Positions 26,035-32,199 of a stretch of 32,199 bases of DNA are shown piece after piece. The stretch comes from an uncultured Candidatus Saccharibacteria bacterium. Lineage in GTDB: Bacteria > Patescibacteriota > Minisyncoccia > Phycocordibacterales > PALSA-1337. The DNA is taken from the NCBI GenBank assembly GCA_964358975.1, contig CAYHQT010000001.1:1-32199 (forward strand). The letters run 5' to 3'. The notes under the pieces were generated by a model. That model searched no databases and was not told the DNA's origin. It saw only the letters and a list, made by a program, of their open reading frames with translations. How positions within the stretch are numbered: the stretch's first letter is position 1; every line of letters starts with the position of its first letter. Position numbers and translations under genes: made by a program.

Positions 26035-26289
26035 ATGTTCTCATCCCTAAAAACACCCCTAAAACCCGAACACGGTATCGCCCTCTTACTGTCCTGTTTC
26101 ATCCTCTCTCTCACCCTCATCAGTCAAAGCTGGAATGATTTCATATTAGTCGCCGACCAAACCATCCAATCCATTCCTTCCTCCGCCAACTGGCGGAATA
26201 CCCAACTTGCTTCGGCCGAAGGCGCTGATACATTAATTGCCCTCTCCCTAATGATCACCGTATGGAACCATAGCAACACCATAGGTTGA
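26035..26289 (+). pseudogene. Leader-dockerin minigene: family 5' leader fused directly to an internal dockerin fragment
   Basis: The 84-aa ORF has aa 1-66 equal to the family leader (MFSSLKTPLKPEHGIALLLSCFILSLTLISQSW..ADQTIQSIPSSANWRNTQLASAEGADT). It then continues LIALSLMITVWNHSNTIG*, which corresponds to dockerin SIDLSLMITAWNTSNTI. LamG, beta-helix and the dockerin 3' half are all missing. Confidence 0.8.
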
Positions 26290-26293
26290 AATA

Positions 26294-26302
26294 TGCTATA
26301 CT
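26294..26302 (+). promoter_or_regulatory. Extended -10 (TGcTATACT), 6 nt upstream of ATG 26309 (leaderless)
   Basis: TATACT 26297-26302, gagagc, then ATG. It starts only a few nt after the truncated dockerin fragment. Confidence 0.5.
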
Positions 26303-26308
26303 GAGAGC

Positions 26309-26593
26309 ATGACAATACATGAGTTTATAAAGCAAAGACCTTATCTAGTTTGGTATGTGAAAGATTTGGATAGTCTTTCCGAAGAATCCATTGTCGAACA
26401 TGTTTTGAACTTTGGAGATTGGAACGACGTGCAGGGAATGATAAAGATATTAGGCATGGGAAAAACCGCCCACATATTCACGGAAAAATCCTCGCCTGAC
26501 AAATTCGGCAGGCAAAATTATCGTCCGGAGATCAAGAATTATTTCCAATTGTATTTCAATAAATATGCACCACAAGGAAATCTTTACCAATGA
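26309..26593 (+). CDS. Small conserved hypothetical protein, putative cognate antitoxin of the downstream NTase
   Basis: 94 aa. The pattern LVWYVKDLDSLSEESIVEHVLNFGDWNDVQGMIKILG is one I recall seeing upstream of short AbiEii-like NTases, but I cannot name the family with confidence. It overlaps the next ORF by 29 nt. Confidence 0.45.
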   Translation: MTIHEFIKQRPYLVWYVKDLDSLSEESIVEHVLNFGDWNDVQGMIKILGMGKTAHIFTEKSSPDKFGRQNYRPEIKNYFQLYFNKYAPQGNLYQ

Positions 26594-27179
26594 GCAGAAT
26601 AAATTACTACCACTAGTCGCCGAATTTTCCAAAGATTTCGGCTTGGTTGGTGGCACGGCCATCGCTCTTCATTTGGGACATCGCAGGTCTATTGATTTCG
26701 ACCTTTTCTCTGAAAAGGAATTCGGCAATCAAAGCCTCCTAAATAAGATTGTCGCTTTTGGCGCACCCGATCAAATTATTGTCAATAAATTGGATGAGCT
26801 CACGCTTGTTATCAAAGGTGTAAAAATGACTTTCTTTCATTATCCATACAAGATCATATACTCCGAAAATTTTGGTTACAGGATAAAGATGCCGGATCTT
26901 TTGACTCTCTCCGCCATGAAAGCTTTTGCCTTGGGACAACGAGCCAAATGGAAGGACTATGTGGATTTATATTTTATTATCAAAGACTATTTTTCGATCA
27001 GTCGGATTTCGGAAAAGAGCCGGGAAATTTTCGGTAATATGTTCAATGAAAAACTTTTTAGAAGCCAACTGGCTTATTTTGACGGCATAAATTACAAAGA
27101 AGCTGTGGAATTTTTGCCGGGATTTGAGGTTTCCGACGAAATTGTTAAAAAGAGACTGACGGAGTTTAGTATTGATTAA
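26565..27179 (+). CDS. Short AbiEii/AbiGii-like nucleotidyltransferase, putative toxin
   Basis: 204 aa with FGLVGGTAIALHLGHRRSIDFDLFS (GG.A....R.S.D.D core). Confidence 0.65.
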   Translation: MHHKEIFTNEQNKLLPLVAEFSKDFGLVGGTAIALHLGHRRSIDFDLFSEKEFGNQSLLNKIVAFGAPDQIIVNKLDELTLVIKGVKMTFFHYPYKIIYSENFGYRIKMPDLLTLSAMKAFALGQRAKWKDYVDLYFIIKDYFSISRISEKSREIFGNMFNEKLFRSQLAYFDGINYKEAVEFLPGFEVSDEIVKKRLTEFSID

Positions 27180-27187
27180 TCATACTT

Positions 27188-27817
27188 ATGAAGAAGATTT
27201 TTGCTTTTATTGATGTCCAGAATACGGAGACGACAACTCGCCGAATATTAGGTTTTTTCGTTGATTGGAAGAAGTTATTTAATTTCCTGAAAACTGATTG
27301 GAAATGTGAAAAAGTATTCTTTTATTCAGGAATAGACGCTGGGGATTCAGAGTCGGAAGAAGAATTTAAAAAGTTAGAAGATAACGGATGTATTGTTAGA
27401 TCAAAACTTGTTTTCGCGTATAAAAACAGAGATAAGAATATAGATGTAGAATGTCCAAAATGTGGAAATAAGTTTGAAGAGGTTATAGATATGGGGTACA
27501 ATCGAAAATCGAATTGTGACGTGGATCTTACCGTTGACGCGATGGAATGCGCTGGATCTGATACGGAATTTTATATTTTTACCGGTGATGGAGATTTCGA
27601 GTATCTAATTAAAAAAGTCATTGAAAAAGGAGCGATTGTTCATATTGTATCGAGCGCGAAGAGGGTAAAAAGCGGACCTAGATATTATACATCTAGATTT
27701 TCCACGAAATTGAGGAAACTGACTGAAGAAGAAGGGAAGCCTGTGGATTTTCTTAATATTAATAACTTGAAATTTAGAATAAAAAAGGAAAAGGCCGCGA
27801 AGCGCGACCTTTTCTAG
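27188..27817 (+). CDS. NYN-domain (LabA/PIN-like) putative ribonuclease with inserted Cys pair (CPKCG, half of a possible zinc-ribbon-like element)
   Basis: 209 aa. N-terminal IFAFIDVQN and C-terminal IFTGDGDFEYLIKKV NYN motifs, with a CPKCGNKFEEV insert. It starts 9 nt after the NTase stop. Confidence 0.65.
   Translation: MKKIFAFIDVQNTETTTRRILGFFVDWKKLFNFLKTDWKCEKVFFYSGIDAGDSESEEEFKKLEDNGCIVRSKLVFAYKNRDKNIDVECPKCGNKFEEVIDMGYNRKSNCDVDLTVDAMECAGSDTEFYIFTGDGDFEYLIKKVIEKGAIVHIVSSAKRVKSGPRYYTSRFSTKLRKLTEEEGKPVDFLNINNLKFRIKKEKAAKRDLF
27793..27814 (+). terminator. Rho-independent-type terminator overlapping the last NYN codons
   Basis: The stem ggccgcg-aag-cgcgacc has one mismatch and is followed by tttt (27810-27813). 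Confidence 0.5.
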
Positions 27818-27870
27818 GGATGAATACATCATAGCAAGGTGATAAATAAGTGTCAAGCGTCATTATCCAC

Positions 27871-30474
27871 ATGTCCCCATCTATCCAAACATTCATAAAG
27901 ACTTTAGCTAAAACACCTCTCAAACCCGAACACGGCCTCGCCCTCTTACTGTCCTGTTTCATTCTCGCTATCACCCTCATCAGTCAAAGCTGGAATGACT
28001 TCGTCTTAGTCGCCGACCAAACAATCCAATCAATTCCTTCCTCCGCCAGCTGGCGGAATACTCAACTAGCCCAAGTCGGTGGTCCCTCGTCGCAAAGCTC
28101 CTCGGGACAATTAGCCCAAGGGCTAATTGGCTGGTGGAAGTTTGATGAGGGAAGCGGGACGACTGCGGGGGATGCGAGCGGAAATGGGAATAACGGGACG
28201 CTGGTGAATGGGCCGGCGTGGACGACAGATAGTAAGGTGGGAGGTGGGGCGGTAAGTTTTGATGGTACGAACAATTATATTAATGTTAGTTCAGCTCCAT
28301 CTCTGGAGAGTTTAGGACCACTTACATATTCTGCGTGGATATATCCAATCAGTTGGGGTCAGGGTAGTCAGGGGTATTTATTTTCAAAATCTACAGGTTT
28401 ACGTTTTCAGTTGCTTAGCACATATAGCCAGATAAGATTTTATGTAGATTATTCAACGGCTAATCTCGCAGTTGGCTCTGCAGTAGGTTCCATTTCATTG
28501 AATAATTGGGTGCACGTTGTTGTAACATGGGATGGATCATCCTCAGCTTCAAACACGCATATTTATCTTAACGGGGTTGAAACAACAAACTATCAAATAA
28601 GGCAAAATGGCGACGGGACTAGGTCTCCAATAGTGACAAGGCCTTTTATTATTGGCGCAAGTGATCCTATCTACGGATCAGGTAGATTTTTCAGTGGAAA
28701 AATGGACGATGTTCGTGTTTATAATCGCATTTTATCAACAGGTGAAATTATGGACTTATATAATTTCACTTATGTTTCTACTGCCAGTCCAGTTCAAGAA
28801 CCAATCATCGTTCAAGCCCCGTCGATTCAAACTTCACCAACCCAGCTTCAACCCCCTTCTGTAACTCTTGCAGTTGGTGTTTACAGGGTTAACCAAGATG
28901 GTACTGGTGATTTCAAGACGGTTCAAACTTGTGTGGACGCGGTCGCGCCTAATTCAACATGCCTCGTTTACCCAGGTAACTATAAAGAATTGGTTACTAT
29001 TACCAAATCTGGGAGCATACAAAGCCCAACAATAATTAAAGGTCTAAACAAGCCGAACATATCTTTTCCAGATGGATCCAATGCGTACTTAAATAATCAA
29101 GATCAAACTTCAAAGGTTAAAGGGTTTGTTGTAAAAGCAGATAATATTAAAATAATTAACTTTGAATTCACGGATATCACCACAAAACAGCAAGGAGCCA
29201 TATATTTAGACAATCGCAGTAATATAGATATTGAAGATAATTATTTCCATGAATTGAATCCCCCAAGGATAGTCAATAATAATTGCCTATGGTGTGGTTG
29301 GGGTTCAGTACGGGGTGTTGGTTATAATATTAAATTTATTGGTAATACAGTATGGCGTGTTGAAGGTGTGGGTATAGCAATTACAGGCAATAATTGGCTA
29401 GTGGAAAATAATAATGTTTCTCATGGTAATATTTTTGCTTGGAATTATGCGGAAAAAGCTTTAAGGGATGGTCTTAACGGATCGATGTGGGACCAGAATT
29501 ATATAGTAGTAGGTGATACTGATGCTCTTAGGTTTTTTGGCAATGGACATATTATAAAAAATAATTATTTTCATGATTATTTGCTCGGGGAGACGGCTTG
29601 GGCTGAAAGAAAAACTGTGCAGAATCCAAATCCTTCTCCACACATGGACTGTATGCAAACATTTTCAAATGGAGATCCTCCATGGCAGGGTGCGACCAAT
29701 GTAATCATTGAGGGAAATTTTTGTTTTAATATTGGTACCCAATTTATCTTTATCTCTGATATAAACAATAAGAGCGATCATATCACGATTGTTAATAATA
29801 TATTCAAAAAAAATGGCGCGCACGGCATAGCGGTAAGTGGAATAGAATATCTTACACTCGCGAACAATATAATTGCCAATGTCAGTTATGCGGCCATTAG
29901 TGTTGGTAATTCCCCCAATTCAAAAATTATCAATAATATTATTTACTATGATTATTCTTCAGATGGTGTTTTTCGCATAGATCCTGTAATTGATGAAGTT
30001 TCTAAGGTTGGACTGACTTTAGATTATAATTTACATTTTCCAAATACGAGAGTTACTTTTCCGGGAGTGTATGATACGAATGGAATTTTTGGAAAAGATC
30101 CTAAGTTTATAGATCCAAACGGAAATAACTTTCACATTCAGAATAGTTCTGTTGCGATTGATTCAGGATCGGATATGAGCTCATATTTATCAAATGACAA
30201 AGACGGCATCTCCCGCCCCCAAGGCTCCGCCTGGGACATCGGCGCCTATGAATATGTCGGTTCTGGTGGAGTTGTCACGCCTCCAATTATTTCATCAACT
30301 CCTCCTCCCGCCATCATCATCGGCGACTTTAACAAAAACGGCATAGTCAATTCTATAGACCTTTCTCTAATGGTCACCGCATGGAATACGAACAACACCA
30401 CTTACGACCTTAATAGGGATGGCATAGTGAACTCTCTCGACTATGTGATCATGGTGCGGAATTGGACGATCTAG
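27871..30474 (+). CDS. Giant surface protein: TM leader - LamG - beta-helix - dockerin
   Basis: Start set at ATG 27871 (MSPSIQTFIK..), supported by the parallel remnant at 24377; the track used GTG 27850. It has the leader, the LamG signature, NN[IW]-rich beta-helix repeats, SRPQGSAWDIGAYEY and the dockerin (DFNKNGIVNSID / DLNRDGIVNSLD). Confidence 0.9.
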   Translation: MSPSIQTFIKTLAKTPLKPEHGLALLLSCFILAITLISQSWNDFVLVADQTIQSIPSSASWRNTQLAQVGGPSSQSSSGQLAQGLIGWWKFDEGSGTTAGDASGNGNNGTLVNGPAWTTDSKVGGGAVSFDGTNNYINVSSAPSLESLGPLTYSAWIYPISWGQGSQGYLFSKSTGLRFQLLSTYSQIRFYVDYSTANLAVGSAVGSISLNNWVHVVVTWDGSSSASNTHIYLNGVETTNYQIRQNGDGTRSPIVTRPFIIGASDPIYGSGRFFSGKMDDVRVYNRILSTGEIMDLYNFTYVSTASPVQEPIIVQAPSIQTSPTQLQPPSVTLAVGVYRVNQDGTGDFKTVQTCVDAVAPNSTCLVYPGNYKELVTITKSGSIQSPTIIKGLNKPNISFPDGSNAYLNNQDQTSKVKGFVVKADNIKIINFEFTDITTKQQGAIYLDNRSNIDIEDNYFHELNPPRIVNNNCLWCGWGSVRGVGYNIKFIGNTVWRVEGVGIAITGNNWLVENNNVSHGNIFAWNYAEKALRDGLNGSMWDQNYIVVGDTDALRFFGNGHIIKNNYFHDYLLGETAWAERKTVQNPNPSPHMDCMQTFSNGDPPWQGATNVIIEGNFCFNIGTQFIFISDINNKSDHITIVNNIFKKNGAHGIAVSGIEYLTLANNIIANVSYAAISVGNSPNSKIINNIIYYDYSSDGVFRIDPVIDEVSKVGLTLDYNLHFPNTRVTFPGVYDTNGIFGKDPKFIDPNGNNFHIQNSSVAIDSGSDMSSYLSNDKDGISRPQGSAWDIGAYEYVGSGGVVTPPIISSTPPPAIIIGDFNKNGIVNSIDLSLMVTAWNTNNTTYDLNRDGIVNSLDYVIMVRNWTI

Positions 30475-30490
30475 AATATATACTAGAAGA

Positions 30491-30499
30491 TGCTAGAAT
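30491..30499 (+). promoter_or_regulatory. Extended -10 (TGcTAGAAT), 6 nt upstream of ATG 30506 (leaderless)
   Basis: TAGAAT 30494-30499, atagtc, then ATG. Confidence 0.5.
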
Positions 30500-30505
30500 A
30501 TAGTC

Positions 30506-32199
30506 ATGAGCATGAAGTTGGAATTTAGAATAAAGAATATGGGATTTTGGACAAGGATTATTTTTTTTGTCTTTATTCTAAATTCTATATTCCAAATTCC
30601 AACCACCTACGCCTCCGTTGTCTCCAAACCCTCTCAATACAATACCAATCTCAAATCCGGTCTTGTCGGCTGGTGGACTATGGATGGCGCGGATGTCGTG
30701 AATGGTGTGGCACTAGATAAGAGTGGCAATAATAATAACGGCAATCTTATAAACATCGCCACCACAACCTTTTATAAACCCGGTAAGATCGGTCAGGCTT
30801 TCAATTTTGACGGGGTGGATGATTATGTGAAATCAGGAACTATCAATGGAAGTTCTCTGACGACAATATCCTATTCATTTTGGATTAAAACTACCAAAAC
30901 AAGCGGAGGTAAAATTATAGTATGGGGAACTGTTGCCTGTTACATAAATGATACGGTGAAAAAAGTGAGTTGTACCGCCGACGGTATTACTAGTGGTTCG
31001 ACAGTTACTCTCGGTACTGTAAATAATGGTCAATGGCATCATCTCGTCTATGTCGTGAACGGCAATAGTCAAAATCTGTATTTAGATAGTGTTGTACAAA
31101 CTCCTGCTACGGAAACTCTAACTTCTCCAAATGATATAGTTTATATTGGAAGAACTGGTAGCACCTTAAGTCCGCTTAATGGCTCCCTCGATGATGTCAG
31201 TATTTATAATCGTGTTTTGACTATAACAGAAATCCGTCAGCTTTACAATCTCGGTCAAGCCAAAGTGAATGAAACGCCGACTACCAACACGAACATCAAT
31301 TCTGGTTTACTCGGCTGGTGGACATTTGATGGCAAGAATTCGACGACTAGTACCACGGCTGATGATACGAGTGGTCGCGGTCTGACTGCCACCTTGCATG
31401 ACGCGCCGTTCTTGCCGAAGAAGACGCCAGCAAAGATCGGGCAGGGACTAGCATTCGACGGCGTTAACAATTATGCTTCTTTAGCTTCCAACCCTCTCGC
31501 CGGGGTAATGACTGCCGCCAATTCAACTTGCGCTTGGGCGCTCATCAAAGACCCGAATATACTCGGCGCTGGTGCTTGGGACCAGACTATCTTAAATTTC
31601 CGAACGGATGCCAGCAACGGCGTTGTTATGTCTAATGACTATTCGAGCGGCGGAGACTTCGTGGCTTCGTACAGACTCGGCGGCATATTCTATGGTCTTA
31701 AATCCTCGACTGTGGTTTTCAAGAAAAACACATGGGTCCATGTCTGTTATGTCTGGAATGGTTCAGCTGTCACCCTCTACGCTAACGGCACCGCTCTCAC
31801 AGGTACCGCCTCCACTAACCCTATCGGCACAGCCAATGTCATCGGCGCTCTTGACGACACCCTCTCCGGTATTTGGAACGGCACCGTTGATGATATCCGC
31901 GTCTATTCCCGCGCCCTCACCGCCACCGAAGTTCGGGAAATCTACAATCAAGGCGTTTCGAAGGTCAATATTAGTCCTGTAAGGAGCTTGAATGGTACAG
32001 GGCTCGGCTCCGGCCTTGTCGGTTATTGGACTTTTGATGGTAAAGATACAAATTGGGCGACGGGGGTGACGAAAGATATGTCGGGGAATAATAACGGGCA
32101 ACTTTTGAATATGTCTACGACAACGAGTCCGACGCCGGGGAAGTTGGGGCAGGGGTTGAAGTTTGATGGGGTGAATGACAAAGTCAAAATGAGTACTGA
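30506..32199 (+). CDS. Secreted LamG-repeat protein, N-terminal part (runs off the 3' end of the window; absent from the ORF track)
   Basis: Hand translation from ATG 30506 gives an uninterrupted frame to nt 32199: MSMKLEFRIKNMGFWTRIIFFVFILNSIFQIPTTYA|SV..GLVGWWTMDGAD...LDDVSIYNRVLTITEIRQLYNLGQ..GLLGWWTFDGKN...VDDIRVYSRALTATEVREIYNQG..GLVGYWTFDGKD... It is paralogous to 15751..17907. The track ORFs at 31608..31982 (+) and the minus-strand ORFs here are shadows. Confidence 0.85.
   Translation, partial: MSMKLEFRIKNMGFWTRIIFFVFILNSIFQIPTTYASVVSKPSQYNTNLKSGLVGWWTMDGADVVNGVALDKSGNNNNGNLINIATTTFYKPGKIGQAFNFDGVDDYVKSGTINGSSLTTISYSFWIKTTKTSGGKIIVWGTVACYINDTVKKVSCTADGITSGSTVTLGTVNNGQWHHLVYVVNGNSQNLYLDSVVQTPATETLTSPNDIVYIGRTGSTLSPLNGSLDDVSIYNRVLTITEIRQLYNLGQAKVNETPTTNTNINSGLLGWWTFDGKNSTTSTTADDTSGRGLTATLHDAPFLPKKTPAKIGQGLAFDGVNNYASLASNPLAGVMTAANSTCAWALIKDPNILGAGAWDQTILNFRTDASNGVVMSNDYSSGGDFVASYRLGGIFYGLKSSTVVFKKNTWVHVCYVWNGSAVTLYANGTALTGTASTNPIGTANVIGALDDTLSGIWNGTVDDIRVYSRALTATEVREIYNQGVSKVNISPVRSLNGTGLGSGLVGYWTFDGKDTNWATGVTKDMSGNNNGQLLNMSTTTSPTPGKLGQGLKFDGVNDKVKMST

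Noticed and set aside
1-32199. tRNA, rRNA, transposase, integrase or phage structural genes
   Set aside because: I scanned the intergenic regions and ORF translations and found no cloverleaf-like candidates, no DDE/tyrosine/serine recombinase motifs and no IS-type terminal inverted repeats. Absence is judged by eye only and should be confirmed with tRNAscan, Infernal and HMM searches.

Overview
All credible genes in this 32.2-kb window are on the + strand. It is a bacterial accessory locus: the promoters are sigma70-type, and the gene content looks CPR/Patescibacteria-like (inference only). Two paralogous families of secreted LamG proteins form the backbone. (i) Five 'leader-type' giant proteins (665-4387, 5031-7424 [frameshifted], 12205-15105, 17914-20676, 27871-30474) share a conserved N-terminal TM leader, a LamG domain, a right-handed beta-helix and a C-terminal dockerin, with shuffled Fn3, B-repeat-like and 4-Cys modules. 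(ii) Three Sec-signal LamG-repeat proteins (<1-626, 15751-17907, 30506->32199); the last was missed by the ORF track because it runs off the window. The gaps between them hold at least 12 small toxin-antitoxin/defence-type cassettes: 4 MNT-HEPN pairs (one with a gutted HEPN), canonical AbiEi/AbiEii, two divergent NTase modules, HicBA, a RelE/ParE-like pair, 2 NYN proteins and 2 AAA_14/DUF4143-like ATPases. The most striking signal is that solitary ~46-109-nt copies of the paralogs' 3' coding ends, plus remnants of the 5' leader, sit exactly at cassette boundaries. This gives a co-oriented, integron-like cassette array with no recombinase, attC, IS, tRNA, rRNA or CRISPR visible. About ten cassette or gene starts carry an (often extended) -10 box 6 nt (once 7) upstream of the ATG, which implies leaderless mRNAs. 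Decay products (a double-frameshifted giant gene, a leader-dockerin minigene, a gutted HEPN) indicate rapid turnover. Domain calls come from motif recognition and similarity estimates are by-eye alignments; no HMM or BLAST was run.
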